Part shown: positions 53,671 through 63,842 of the stretch, in pieces
How positions within the stretch are numbered: position 1 is the stretch's first letter
Layout: each line of letters opens with the position of its first letter
Assembly (NCBI GenBank): GCA_963732155.1
Contig: CAVSYB010000006.1
Location: 400,296 to 464,295 of the forward strand
Length of the DNA stretch: 64,000 nt
Reading direction: 5' to 3'
From: an uncultured Alphaproteobacteria bacterium
GTDB lineage: Bacteria > Pseudomonadota > Alphaproteobacteria > Rhizobiales > Beijerinckiaceae
Made by a program: the position numbers and the translations under genes
The notes under the pieces: generated by a model
Databases searched by the model: none
Seen by the model: only the letters and a program-made list of their open reading frames with translations
What the model was told of the DNA's origin: nothing

Positions 53671-55154
53671 CGCGGCGCCTCCAGCCTCGGCGGGCCGGGC
53701 TCGGCAAGCGCTAGCGGGCGGGCCGGCAAGGCGAGCACGACGCGCAAGCCCGGCGCATTGTCCTCCAGCCGCACGGCCCCGCCATGCAGGCGCGCGACCG
53801 CCGCCGCCAGCGACAGGCCGAGGCCCGAGCCGGGCCGCGAACGCGCGCCCTCCAGACGGACGAATCGGCCGAGCACGCGGGCGCGGTCAGCCGCCGCGAT
53901 GCCGGGTCCATGGTCGGCGACCGAGACTTCGACCCGTTCGCCGACGCGCCGGACGCCGAGATTGACGGCCCCCGGCGACGGCGCCGCCCCGCCGTCGCGT
54001 CCGTCTCCGCCCTGCGGCGAGGCGAGCGCCAGCGCCGGTTCGCGCGCCGGCGCGCCATATTTCAGGGCGTTGTCGAGCAGGTTGGCGATGGTCTGACCGA
54101 TCAGTTCGCGATTGCCGTTGACGACGGCGCCCGGCTCGACGGTCAGGTTCAGCGCGGCGCCCGCCTCTTCCGCGACGGGCTCGTAGAGCTCGGCGATGCC
54201 CCTCGCCGCCAGGGCGACGTCGAATTCGCTCATTCCGGCGCGGTCGGCCCCCGCCTCCGCCCGCGCGATCATCAGCAGCGCGTCGAACACCCTGATCAGC
54301 CCATCGGATTCCTCGATCGTCCGCTCGAGCGCGGCGCGATAATCGGCCTTGCCGCCGTCAAAGCGAAGCGCCGCCTCGGCGTGATTGCGCAGGCGGGTCA
54401 GCGGCGTGCGCAGATCATGGGCGATATTGTCGGAGACCTCGCGCAGGCCGGCCATCAATTCGTCGATGCGGCCGAGCATCTCGTTGAGGTTCCGGGCGAG
54501 CCGGTCGAGTTCGTCGCCCGAACCGGTCACCGCCAGCCGCTCGCTCATGTCGCCGGCCATGATCGCCCGCGCCGATTTGCTCATCGCGTCGATGCGGCGC
54601 AGCACGCGACGCGCGACGAACAGGCCGCCGACCCCGCCGAGCGCGGTCAGGAAGATCAGCGAGACCGCCAGCGCGCGAAACATCACGGCGCCGATGCGCG
54701 CCCGATCGCGCAGGTCATGCCCGACCAGCAGCCGGAAGCCGCCGGGCAGAACGAAGATCTTCGCCAAAGCGCGGCGGTCGGACGAGGCCTGGGAGGCCGT
54801 CTCGTAGGGCGTCTCGACGAGCCCCGGGCGATCGAGCACGCCCTGCGGCAGGCGCGCGACATTGCCCGCCAGCGGTTCGCCGGAAAAATTGGTCAGCAGA
54901 TAGAGCGAGGAGCCGGGTTCGCGCGAGCGCTGCTCGATGACGACGCCGAGCTGGCGAATGCCGCCCTGAGCGTATTGCTCGGCAAGGCCGGCGGCTTCCG
55001 CCTCGATCGTTCGCGCCATCTCCTCGTCGACCAGCGCCTGCACCTGCCAGGCGACGGCGCCCAGCACGAGCCCGGCGCCGATCGCGCTGAGGACAAGAAA
55101 GGCCAGCGACAGCTGGAAGGCCGTCGTGCGGAACAGCTTACCGAGCGCTGTCAC
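53667..55154 (-). CDS. Sensor histidine kinase (two TM, HAMP, HisKA, HATPase_c)
   Basis: H-box SDNIAHDLRTPLTRL, N-box NLLDNALKYG, G-boxes DHGPGI and GSGLGLSL. 4-nt overlap with glnE. Confidence 0.9.
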   Translation of the reverse strand: MTALGKLFRTTAFQLSLAFLVLSAIGAGLVLGAVAWQVQALVDEEMARTIEAEAAGLAEQYAQGGIRQLGVVIEQRSREPGSSLYLLTNFSGEPLAGNVARLPQGVLDRPGLVETPYETASQASSDRRALAKIFVLPGGFRLLVGHDLRDRARIGAVMFRALAVSLIFLTALGGVGGLFVARRVLRRIDAMSKSARAIMAGDMSERLAVTGSGDELDRLARNLNEMLGRIDELMAGLREVSDNIAHDLRTPLTRLRNHAEAALRFDGGKADYRAALERTIEESDGLIRVFDALLMIARAEAGADRAGMSEFDVALAARGIAELYEPVAEEAGAALNLTVEPGAVVNGNRELIGQTIANLLDNALKYGAPAREPALALASPQGGDGRDGGAAPSPGAVNLGVRRVGERVEVSVADHGPGIAAADRARVLGRFVRLEGARSRPGSGLGLSLAAAVARLHGGAVRLEDNAPGLRVVLALPARPLALAEPGPPRLEAPR

Positions 55155-55830
55155 GGATCATATATCCCGCGCCCCGAATGGTGTGCAGCAGCGGCGTGTC
55201 GAAATCCCTGTCGATCTTGGCGCGCAGCCGCGACACATGCACGTCGATCACATTGGTTTGCGGATCGAAGTGATAGTCCCAGACATGTTCGAGCAGCATG
55301 GTGCGCGTCACCACCTTGCCCGCATTCTGCATGAGGAATTCGAGCAGCCGAAACTCGCGCGGCTGCAGGGCGATTTCTTCGCCGGCGCGCGTCACCTTGT
55401 GCGAGAGCCGATCGAGCTCGAGATCGCCGAGGCGATAGACGGTTTCTTCGCCCGCCCCCTTCGGGCGGCGGCGGGCCAGCGCCTCGACGCGGGCCAGAAG
55501 TTCGGAAAAGGCGTAGGGCTTGGCGAGATAGTCGTCGCCGCCCGCCCGCAGGCCCTTGACGCGGTCATCGACCTGGCCGAGCGCCGAAAGGATCAGCACC
55601 GGGGTCTCGACTTTCTGCGCGCGCAAGGCGCCGATCAGCGACAGCCCGTCCATCTTGGGCAGCATGCGGTCGACGACGACGACGTCATAGTCGCCCTCGC
55701 GGGCCAGATCATAGCCGTTGACGCCGTCGCCGGCGTGATCGGCGACATGGCCGGCCTCGCGAAACGCCTTGGTGAGATAGGCCGCCGCGTCGCGGTCGTC
55801 CTCGATGATGAGAATGCGCATGGCGGACAT
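55138..55830 (-). CDS. OmpR-family response regulator
   Basis: MRILIIEDD...VVVDRMLPKMDG...DDYLAKP, plus a winged-helix C-terminus (LQPREFRLLEFLM...IRGAGYMI). Confidence 0.9.
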   Translation of the reverse strand: MSAMRILIIEDDRDAAAYLTKAFREAGHVADHAGDGVNGYDLAREGDYDVVVVDRMLPKMDGLSLIGALRAQKVETPVLILSALGQVDDRVKGLRAGGDDYLAKPYAFSELLARVEALARRRPKGAGEETVYRLGDLELDRLSHKVTRAGEEIALQPREFRLLEFLMQNAGKVVTRTMLLEHVWDYHFDPQTNVIDVHVSRLRAKIDRDFDTPLLHTIRGAGYMIRDSAR

Positions 55831-56013
55831 ATAGCCTCTCGCCGACCAACGGCCAAAAAGAAGCGGCCGCCGCCTCGCGCGTCAAGCAAAAGCGGCAGAC
55901 CGGAGAGGGGCTTCCGGCCTGCCGCCTCGTCATCGGCGCCGCGCCCGCTGGGGAGGCGTCGACGGCGCCGGACCCGGCTTCAGATGGGGACGATCTGAAG
56001 CCAACCACCGAGC

Positions 56014-57525
56014 TCAGGAAGCGGACTGCGTGGACAGGGCGACGTAATGAAACGTCTCGCCCGACTTCACGCGCAGCAGCACCGCCTTGCGGCCGCTCGC
56101 CTTGGCCGCGTCGAAGGCCGAGGTGATGTCGGAAGCGCTGGCCACCGGCTTGCCGCCGGCATCCAGGATGATGTCGCCCGACTGCAAGCCCTTTTCGGCG
56201 GCGGCGCTGTCGGGATCGACCTCGGCGACGCGCACGCCCTCACGTCCGGCGCGCGCCGGCTCGACGGTCAGACCCAGCTTCGCGAGCTGGGTCGGCTCGG
56301 CCGCCGACGGGGCCGTCGCGTCGGCCTTGGCTTCCTTGTCGTTCGCCATCGCGGCGAGTTTGACGCCGATGGTCTGCGCGGCGCCGTCGCGGATGACGGC
56401 GAGCTCGGCGGTCTTGCCGGGTCCGAGCAGGGCGATCTTGCGCGCCAGTTCGCGCGGATCGGCGACGCTCTCGCCGTTCACCGCGGTGATGACGTCGCCG
56501 GTCTTGACGCCCGCCGCCGCCGCCGGCGAGTTGGGCTGCGCCCGGGAGACCAGCGCCCCCGAAGCCGCCTTGATGCCGAGGCTGTCGGCGATGTCGGCGG
56601 TCACCGGCTGGATCTCGACGCCCAGCCAGCCGCGCGCCACCGCGCCGTGGTCCTTGAGCGCCTGGACGACCGATTTGACGACGTCGGCCTCGATCGCAAA
56701 GCCGATGCCGACGCTGCCGCCGGACGGCGAGAAGATCGCCGTGTTGACGCCGACGACCTGACCTTCGCCATTGAAGGTCGGGCCGCCCGAATTGCCGCGA
56801 TTGACCGGCGCGTCGATCTGCAGGAAATCGTCATAGGGGCCGGAGCCGATGTCGCGGCCGCGCGCCGAAACGATGCCCGCGGTGACGGTGCCGCCGAGCC
56901 CGAACGGATTGCCGACCGCGATCACCCAGTCGCCGACGCGCGGCGCCTGGTCGGCGAAGGTGACGAACGGATAGTCGCCGCCCTCCTTGACCTTCAGCAG
57001 CGCCAGATCGGTCTTGGCGTCGGTGCCGATAACCTTGGCGGGGATCGACTTGCCGTCGATCGTGGTGACGGTGACCTCGGTGGCGTGATCGACGACATGG
57101 TTGTTGGTGACAATATAGCCGTCGGCGGAAATGAAGAAGCCGGAGCCCTGGGCCATCTGCAGGTGCGGCGCGTGGCGGGGCCGCATGCCGGGCGTGTCGA
57201 AGTCCTGGCCTTCGCCGAATTGCCGGAAGAAGCGGTCGAGCGGGCTGCCGGGCGCGAAATCGGGCATTTGCGGCGCCTGGGACTGATCGTCGCTGGCGTC
57301 GGAAATCTTCACTTTCACGGAGACGACGGCGCCTTTCACGCGATCGACGACATCGGCGAACGAAGCGGGGCCGGCTTGCGAAACGCTGGTCGCCGCCATC
57401 GCGGACAGGGACGCCTGCGGAACGGCTTCGAACGCCACGCCGCCTATGGCGACGATCGCGACGGCGCCAAGCAGGGCGGCGCGCAGGGAGCGCGGCCGAA
57501 CGCCGGCGGAATTGGGAAGGGACAT
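56014..57525 (-). CDS. degP: Do/DegP/HtrA periplasmic serine endoprotease with two PDZ domains
   Basis: GSGFFISADGYIVTNNHVV, DLALLKV, GNSGGP, and two PDZ-like regions. Confidence 0.9.
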   Translation of the reverse strand: MSLPNSAGVRPRSLRAALLGAVAIVAIGGVAFEAVPQASLSAMAATSVSQAGPASFADVVDRVKGAVVSVKVKISDASDDQSQAPQMPDFAPGSPLDRFFRQFGEGQDFDTPGMRPRHAPHLQMAQGSGFFISADGYIVTNNHVVDHATEVTVTTIDGKSIPAKVIGTDAKTDLALLKVKEGGDYPFVTFADQAPRVGDWVIAVGNPFGLGGTVTAGIVSARGRDIGSGPYDDFLQIDAPVNRGNSGGPTFNGEGQVVGVNTAIFSPSGGSVGIGFAIEADVVKSVVQALKDHGAVARGWLGVEIQPVTADIADSLGIKAASGALVSRAQPNSPAAAAGVKTGDVITAVNGESVADPRELARKIALLGPGKTAELAVIRDGAAQTIGVKLAAMANDKEAKADATAPSAAEPTQLAKLGLTVEPARAGREGVRVAEVDPDSAAAEKGLQSGDIILDAGGKPVASASDITSAFDAAKASGRKAVLLRVKSGETFHYVALSTQSAS

Positions 57526-57737
57526 CTTGTTTCTCCATCTGAGGTCGAAACGCCAGCGCCGACGATTCGGCTAGCGAGAGAGGCGCAAGATGCCGCAGGC
57601 GGGCTTACAGGCCTGTGGCGCGGAAATGAAAGGTTGGTAATCTTGGCGCAGCGCCTTACGCGGAGCGCAAGAAAGCGGCTCCGGAGACCCGCCGGACGCG
57701 GCGCGCCGCCGCCCTCGCCCGGCGCGCCGCGCGGACT

Positions 57738-58820
57738 TCAGGGCGGCAGATTTTCAAGCAGCGCTTTGTGAAACGCCTCGGGGTCCTGAATTTGCGGCGC
57801 ATGGCCGAGACCGGGAAACTCGATCAGTCTGGCGTCCGGGATTGAACGGACGGCGTCCTTGCCGAGGCGCGGGTAGTCGCCGAGCCTGGCGCGCTGCTCG
57901 GGCGGCGCCAGATCCTTGCCGATCGCCGTCGTATCCTGGTCGCCGATCATCAGCACGACGGGAACGGCCAGTTGGCCGAATTCATAAAGCACCGGCTGGG
58001 TGTAGATCATGTCGTCAAGCAGCGCCGAGTCCCACGCGACCGCCTCGCGTCCGGGGCCGCGATACATCCCGGCCAGCATGTCGACCCAGCGCTGGTATCC
58101 GGGCTTCCACTGGCCGGCGTAATAGGTCGCCTGCTCATAGCCGCGAAGGCTCTCGGCGGTGGTCTTGCGCTCGCGCTCGGCCCATTGATCGACGCTGATC
58201 GAGGGCACGCCCCTGGTCTTCCAGTCCTCGAGCCCGATCGGGTCGACGAGAACCAGCCGCCCGACCTCGCCGGGATACATCAGGGCGTAGCGGATCCCCA
58301 GCATGCCGCCGGTGGAGTGGCCGATGATGGTCGCCTTCCCGACGCCGAGCGAGGCGAGCAAGGCCTCGGTGCTGCGCGCGAGCTGCTGAAAGGTGAACTG
58401 ATAGCCGTACGGCTTGCTCGATTTGCAGAAGCCGATCTGGTCGGGCGCGATGACGCGATAGCCCGCCGCGCTGAGGACCTTGATTGTGGCTTCCCAGGTC
58501 GCGCCACAGAAATTCTTGCCATGCAGCAGAACCGCCGTCCCGCGCTCCGGCGCCGCGGCGGCGACGTCCATATAGGCCATGTGCAGGTCCTGGCGCTGCG
58601 AGGTGAACGCAAATTGCCGGACCGGAAAGGGATAGTCGAAGCCTTCGAGCTCCGGGCCATAGGACGGCGCTTCCGCCGCCGAGCCGCCGAGCCCCGGGAC
58701 CAACGCGAGGGTGAGGATGATCGCAAGGCGCTGCGCGCGTTTGGGCGAAACCCGGATCGCCATCCGGGCGGGCGCCGACCGCGATGCGGTTCGGCGGGCC
58801 TTGGTGAAATGAGAAGCCAA
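57738..58820 (-). CDS. Secreted alpha/beta hydrolase
   Basis: VLLHGKNF..., nucleophile elbow GHSTGG, and HAPQ near the C-terminus. TTG at 58820 with GGAGGA 9 nt upstream. Confidence 0.8.
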   Translation of the reverse strand: MASHFTKARRTASRSAPARMAIRVSPKRAQRLAIILTLALVPGLGGSAAEAPSYGPELEGFDYPFPVRQFAFTSQRQDLHMAYMDVAAAAPERGTAVLLHGKNFCGATWEATIKVLSAAGYRVIAPDQIGFCKSSKPYGYQFTFQQLARSTEALLASLGVGKATIIGHSTGGMLGIRYALMYPGEVGRLVLVDPIGLEDWKTRGVPSISVDQWAERERKTTAESLRGYEQATYYAGQWKPGYQRWVDMLAGMYRGPGREAVAWDSALLDDMIYTQPVLYEFGQLAVPVVLMIGDQDTTAIGKDLAPPEQRARLGDYPRLGKDAVRSIPDARLIEFPGLGHAPQIQDPEAFHKALLENLPP

Positions 58821-59051
58821 TAGCCGGCGTCCTCCGGGCGTTTCAGGGTTCGCCCTGGCCGCGGCGCGCGGACAGGCCGCCGCCGATGATGAGGCGAAAA
58901 AAGCCGAACTGTCGAGAAGGCGTTTCTCCGACAGAGGCGAACCCGCGCCATCCTCGTTGGCGTTGCGGCCCGGAGGAATTGATGGTGAAAGTCGGGGCGG
59001 GCGTCGCGAAGGCGTCGGCGGGAAGGCGTCGGCGGGAAGGGGACCGACCGA

Positions 59052-59762
59052 ATGTTCGCACTTTTTCGCGGCGGTCTCCTCTCAGCGCGCGGCGTCGCCT
59101 TCGCAGCGGCGGCAGCGCTCGCCGCATCGTTTTGTTCGGGGGCTCAAGCCAAGCACAAACTGGTGACCGACGATCCGGATCAGGACGCTCAGGTCGCCTC
59201 GCCGACCGTCGATCAACCGCCGAGCGGCGACGCCACCGTCATCCGCGGCGAATTCGTCGAATCGCACGATCTGCTGGGCGAGGCCAGCGACCCGTCTTCG
59301 CCGGAGATCCCGGGCATCCAGTGGCGGCACGAATTTGCAATCACCTTGTCGGGAAAGAAGGACGTCACCGAGAAATGGACCAGCACCAGGATCGGCCGAG
59401 GCCCCGCGCGCTCCGGGTTCCGGCTGAGGCATTCCGGCGGCCGCTTCGGGGGTGTGCTGACCAGGCAGAACGAGAGCAGCGTGACGATCGGCGAGAACGC
59501 CGGCCGCGCCGTCTGGCACGTCCTCGGCGCCAACAAGCTGCAACGCATTTTTCCGGGCCAGCACTTCCTGATGATCATGAATATCGAGGTGGGCGCCGAC
59601 AAGGCCTGCCGACTGGAGGTCAAATATCTGCGCCAGGAAGGGTTCGTTTCCGTCATCATGAGGAGAGCGACGACCGGCGAACTGACGAATTTCAGCCTGC
59701 CGCGCCCGGAGAGCGCGTCCTGCACCATCGAATCGGCCGGCGCGAACGGCAAAGCGCTGTGA
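59052..59762 (+). CDS. Secreted hypothetical protein (236 aa)
   Basis: Signal-like MFALFRGGLLSARGVAFAAAAALAASFCSGAQA. No family recognised. Confidence 0.5.
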   Translation: MFALFRGGLLSARGVAFAAAAALAASFCSGAQAKHKLVTDDPDQDAQVASPTVDQPPSGDATVIRGEFVESHDLLGEASDPSSPEIPGIQWRHEFAITLSGKKDVTEKWTSTRIGRGPARSGFRLRHSGGRFGGVLTRQNESSVTIGENAGRAVWHVLGANKLQRIFPGQHFLMIMNIEVGADKACRLEVKYLRQEGFVSVIMRRATTGELTNFSLPRPESASCTIESAGANGKAL

Positions 59763-59824
59763 CGCGAGGCCGAATGGCTTCAGCGATCAAGCGGACGCTG
59801 CGAAGAGGCGCCCCGGCGACCGCC

Positions 59825-60289
59825 TCACCCCCGCTCGCCGTCGCCGACGATCGCCGCCAGACGCGCCTCCTCGGCCTGGCTCAGCGCCGGCGCTTGCCGC
59901 CGCCCGCGCCGCATCGCGCGGGCCATCGCGGCCGCGCCGATCAACAGGACGAGCGGCGCGCCGGCCCATAGCAGCAGCGTCTCCGGCTTGAACGGCGGCT
60001 TGAGGAGGATGAAATCGCCATAGCGCGAAACGAGAAAGGCGCGCACCGCGTCATTGCTCTCGCCCTTGCCGATGCGCTCGCGAATCAAAAGGCGAATGTC
60101 GCGCGCCAGCGGCGCGTCGGAATCGTCGATCGACTGGTTCTGGCAGACCATGCAGCGCAGTTCGCCCGACAGCGCGCGCGCGCGCGCCTCCAGCGCGGGA
60201 TCGCGCATCACTTCGTCGGGCTGCACCGCATGGGCGGGCGACAGCGCGAGCAGCAGACCGAGCGCCAGGGCGAGCCGGACCGGTCTCAT
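59825..60289 (-). CDS. ccmH: Cytochrome c-type biogenesis protein CcmH (CycL)
   Basis: ATG at 60289 (ATGA overlap with ccmF). LRCMVCQNQSIDDSDAPLA motif. This is only the last 154 codons of the 790-aa track ORF. Confidence 0.9.
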   Translation of the reverse strand: MRPVRLALALGLLLALSPAHAVQPDEVMRDPALEARARALSGELRCMVCQNQSIDDSDAPLARDIRLLIRERIGKGESNDAVRAFLVSRYGDFILLKPPFKPETLLLWAGAPLVLLIGAAAMARAMRRGRRQAPALSQAEEARLAAIVGDGERG

Positions 60290-62271
60290 GGCTTCAGCGC
60301 CGCCATCGTCGGCGCCGCCGCCCTCGCCGGGGCGGGCGCGCCGATGCGGAGGCGCCGGTCGGCCAGCGAAAGCGCGCCGCCGAGCGCCATTACGCAGGCG
60401 CCGAGCCAGATCAGGCTCACCAGCGGCTTCCAGTAGAGCCGCGCCGCCACGGCGCCGTCGGCGCTCTGGTCGCCCAGCGAGATGTAGAGCTGGCCGAGCC
60501 ACAGCGTCGCGATGCCGGCCTGCGTCGTCGAGGACTGGCGCGCCGGAAAGAACCGCTTGGCCGGCTCGACCGTGGCGACCACGGTCCCGCCCGATCGAAT
60601 GTCGGCGGTCGCGACGATTTCCCGGTAGTTGGGGCCCGGCCGGGCGCCGATCGCGCGAAACGTCACCTGATAAGGTCCGACCGCGGCCGGCTCGCCGACG
60701 CGCATGTCGGCGATCGTCTCGGCGCCGAACGCCGTCGCGGCGAGCCCCAGCAGCGTGATCCCGACGCCGATATGCGCGATCGCGCTGCCCCAGGCCGAGC
60801 CCGGGATTCCGCGCGCCCGGGAGAACAGAACGCCGGGCGAGGCGCCGCGCCGCCAGACGCGCGCGACGATCTCGCTCAACGACCCCAGCACGATGTAGAT
60901 CGCGAGCCCGGCGGCGATCGGCGCCAGCACCGGCCCGCGCCGCGTCGCGGCGAACAGCGCGACGCTGACGCAAAGGCCGGCGGCGATCGCCACGCTGAGG
61001 CGCTCGGCGACGCCGAGCAGATCGCCGCGCTTCCAGGCCAGCGACTGGCCGAACGGGATCGCCGCGCACAGCGCGAGCAGCAGCGCGCCGCAGGTCATGT
61101 TGAAAAACGGCGCGCCGACGGTGATTTTCTCGCCGGTCAACTGCTCCAGCGCGAGCGGATAGAGGGTGCCGATCAGCACGCCGGCGCAGGTGGTCGTCAA
61201 CAGCAGGTTGTTGAGCACCAACGCGCCCTCGCGCGAAATCGGGGCGAACAGCCCGCCGCGCCGCAGCAACGGCGCGCGCCAGGCGAACAGCGCCAGCGCG
61301 CCGCCGATGAACAGCGCCAGAATCGCCAGAATGAACACGCCGCGCGTCGGATCGCTGGCGAAGGCGTGGACCGACGTCAGCACGCCCGAGCGCACCAGGA
61401 AGGTGCCGAGCAGCGAGAACGAAAACGCGAGGATCGCCAGGAAGATCGTCCAGACCTTCAGCGCGTCGCGCTTCTCCATCACGGCGACCGAATGGACGAA
61501 GGCCGTCCCGGCGAGCCACGGCATCAGCGAGGCGTTCTCGACGGGGTCCCAAAACCAGAAGCCGCCCCATCCCAGCGTGTAATAGGCCCAATACGAGCCC
61601 ATCGCGATGCCGAGGGTGAGAAAGCACCAGGCGACGAGCGAAAACGGCCGCACGAAGCGCGCCCAGGCCGCGTCGATCCGCCCTTCGATCAGCGCCGCGG
61701 CGGCGAACGAGAAGACAATGGAGAAGCCGACATAGCCGAGATAGAGCAGCGGCGGATGGATCGCCAGGCCGGGGTCCTGCAACACGGGGTTGAGGTCGCG
61801 CCCTTCGAACGGCGCCGGCGACAGGCGCGCGAACGGGTTCGAGGTCAGCAGGATGAAGGCGAGGAAGGCGCTCGCGATGAGGCCTTGCACGGCCAGCACA
61901 TTGGCGCGCAGGGTCGGCGGCAGGCCGCGCCCGAGCGCCGCCACGAGCGCGCCGAAGAACGCCAGAATGAGAACCCACAGCAGCATCGAGCCTTCGTGGT
62001 TTCCCCATATGCCGGTTATCTTGTAGATCGCCGGCACCGCGGTATGGGAGTTCTCGGCGACGTTGAGGACCGAGAAATCGGACGCCAGATGCGCATAGCC
62101 GAGCGCGCCGAACGACAGCGCGATCGCGGCGAACTGGCCGAGGGCCGTCGATTGGGCGACCGAGGCGAGTCCCTCGTCGCCGCGCCAGGCGCCCCACAGC
62201 GGCGCAACCGCCTGCACCAGCGCCAGAGCGAGCGCGAGGGTCAAGGCGTAATGGCCGATCTCGACGATCAT
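60286..62271 (-). CDS. ccmF: Cytochrome c heme lyase subunit CcmF (CycK)
   Basis: 661-aa polytopic protein with the WGGFWFWDPVEN tryptophan-rich motif. Confidence 0.95.
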   Translation of the reverse strand: MIVEIGHYALTLALALALVQAVAPLWGAWRGDEGLASVAQSTALGQFAAIALSFGALGYAHLASDFSVLNVAENSHTAVPAIYKITGIWGNHEGSMLLWVLILAFFGALVAALGRGLPPTLRANVLAVQGLIASAFLAFILLTSNPFARLSPAPFEGRDLNPVLQDPGLAIHPPLLYLGYVGFSIVFSFAAAALIEGRIDAAWARFVRPFSLVAWCFLTLGIAMGSYWAYYTLGWGGFWFWDPVENASLMPWLAGTAFVHSVAVMEKRDALKVWTIFLAILAFSFSLLGTFLVRSGVLTSVHAFASDPTRGVFILAILALFIGGALALFAWRAPLLRRGGLFAPISREGALVLNNLLLTTTCAGVLIGTLYPLALEQLTGEKITVGAPFFNMTCGALLLALCAAIPFGQSLAWKRGDLLGVAERLSVAIAAGLCVSVALFAATRRGPVLAPIAAGLAIYIVLGSLSEIVARVWRRGASPGVLFSRARGIPGSAWGSAIAHIGVGITLLGLAATAFGAETIADMRVGEPAAVGPYQVTFRAIGARPGPNYREIVATADIRSGGTVVATVEPAKRFFPARQSSTTQAGIATLWLGQLYISLGDQSADGAVAARLYWKPLVSLIWLGACVMALGGALSLADRRLRIGAPAPARAAAPTMAALKP

Positions 62272-62723
62272 GGCTTGGCTTCGCCCTCCTGCCAGCGGCC
62301 CTGCTTTTTCAGGGCGTCGACCACTTCGCGCGGCATATAGCGCTCGTCATGCTTGGCGAGCACGCCGGTGTTGGAATCGGCGCGGAACTGGCCGCGGCCC
62401 TCCAGAACGCCCTCCGCCACCACGCCCTGCCCTTCGCGAAACAGATCGGGCAGCAGGCCTTGGTAGGAAACGGCGACGTCGCTGGCGTTGTCGGTGATGG
62501 TGAAGGCGGCGTTTTGGCCGTCGCTCTTGACCAGCGAGCCCGGCTTAACGAGGCCGCCAATGCGCAGGCGCGCGCCCGGCGCAAGATTCTTCTGCAGGAC
62601 TTCGGTCGGACTGTAGAAGAAGACGATGCTGTCGCTCAGCGCGTAAAGCGCCAGCGCGGCGGCGCAGGCGACGACGCCGAGCGCGACGCCGATCAGGGTG
62701 AGACGTCTGCCCCGGCGCGTCAC
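62268..62723 (-). CDS. ccmE: Cytochrome c heme chaperone CcmE (CycJ)
   Basis: RIGGLV...VLAKHDERYMP heme-binding His motif. Confidence 0.95.
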   Translation of the reverse strand: MTRRGRRLTLIGVALGVVACAAALALYALSDSIVFFYSPTEVLQKNLAPGARLRIGGLVKPGSLVKSDGQNAAFTITDNASDVAVSYQGLLPDLFREGQGVVAEGVLEGRGQFRADSNTGVLAKHDERYMPREVVDALKKQGRWQEGEAKP

Positions 62724-62726
62724 CGC

Positions 62727-63842
62727 TCAGCTCCCCAGCCCGAATTCGCGCGCCAGCGCGTCGAGGTCGCGGCCCGCCGCCGCGTCGCCCGCCATCGCCT
62801 TGCGCGCGTCAGCCATCGCCTGCCTCGCCTTGTCCGTCTCATGCAGCACGCAATAGGCGCGAATGAGCCGCAGCCAACCCTGCGCGTCGTCGCCGTGCTG
62901 CGCAAGCCGTGCGGCGAGACCCTCGACCATCCCGCGAATGGCCGCCTGTTGCGCCTCGGGGTCGAGCGCGGCGACCGCCGCCGCTTCGTCGCTCGCCGGC
63001 GCGCTCGCCGCGGCGCCTTTCAGGCTCGCCAGCCTCTCGCGCAACGGACCGAGCCAGGGCGCGTCGGGCGGCGCATCCTGCGCGAGCTTCTCGTAGAGCG
63101 CCGCCGCCTTGGCCTTGTCGCCGTCCTGCTCGGCGGCGAGGCCGAGGTAGTAGCGCGCCTTGAGCGCGTCGCCCCGCTCGGCCAGAGCCTGCTCGAAGGC
63201 GGCGCGCGCCTGCGCCGTGACGATTCCGCCCGCGGCGGCCGCCAGCGCCTCGCCATAGTCGGCGCGAAGCTTCCCGTCCTCGCCGAGCAGGCGCAAGGCT
63301 TCGCCATAGGCCTTCACCGCCTCGTCGAAGCGGCCAAGGTGCATATAGACCGGCGCGATGACCTTGAAGCCGAGCCCGTCGTCGGGATTGGCGATCAGAT
63401 GGGCTTCGACCTTGGCGATCGCGGCCTCGAAATCATTGCTCCTCGCGGGGTCGGCGGTGCGGGCGAGGATCGGCTGGTCGGGCAGATTGGGGCTTCCGAG
63501 CCGCGCATAGAGGCCGAGCGCCACCACGGGGACGGCGACGGCGATCGTCAAGGCCGCCGCGGCGCGCGCGCCGACGGACGGGCGCCCCTGCGCCGCCGGC
63601 GCGGCCGCTTCGGCCGCCTCGCTCGCCGCAATCAGCCGGCGCGCCGCCTCGGCGCGCGCCCCCGCGGCTTCGCTCGCCGGCAATTGACCGCGCTCGACGT
63701 CGCGCTCGATCTCGGCCAGTTGCGCCTTGTGAAAGGCGATCGCGCGCTCCTGTCCCCGCGGTCCCGATCGCTGGCGCGACAGCGGCCAGAGCGCGCACAA
63801 CAGGGCGGCGCCGGTCATCAAGGCGAAAGCGACCCAGAGCAT
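62727..63842 (-). CDS. ccmI: c-type cytochrome biogenesis protein CcmI (CycH), TM plus TPR
   Basis: N-terminal MLWVAFALMTGAALLCALWPL, a second TM, then TPR-like repeats. Conserved position upstream of ccmE. Confidence 0.8.
   Translation of the reverse strand: MLWVAFALMTGAALLCALWPLSRQRSGPRGQERAIAFHKAQLAEIERDVERGQLPASEAAGARAEAARRLIAASEAAEAAAPAAQGRPSVGARAAAALTIAVAVPVVALGLYARLGSPNLPDQPILARTADPARSNDFEAAIAKVEAHLIANPDDGLGFKVIAPVYMHLGRFDEAVKAYGEALRLLGEDGKLRADYGEALAAAAGGIVTAQARAAFEQALAERGDALKARYYLGLAAEQDGDKAKAAALYEKLAQDAPPDAPWLGPLRERLASLKGAAASAPASDEAAAVAALDPEAQQAAIRGMVEGLAARLAQHGDDAQGWLRLIRAYCVLHETDKARQAMADARKAMAGDAAAGRDLDALAREFGLGS

Noticed and set aside
50938-54096. 1052-aa plus-strand ORF
   Set aside because: Antisense to glnE and the histidine kinase. 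Degenerate composition.
60290-62197. N-terminal ~636 codons of the 790-aa minus-strand ORF
   Set aside because: Out-of-frame overlap with ccmF. Only the last 154 codons (ccmH, with the LRCxxCQ motif) are real.
53667-63842. ccmIEFH-degP-response regulator-histidine kinase-glnE block, considered as something unusual
   Set aside because: All members have canonical signatures, and this gene order is common in Rhizobiales-type genomes. It is ordinary core DNA.
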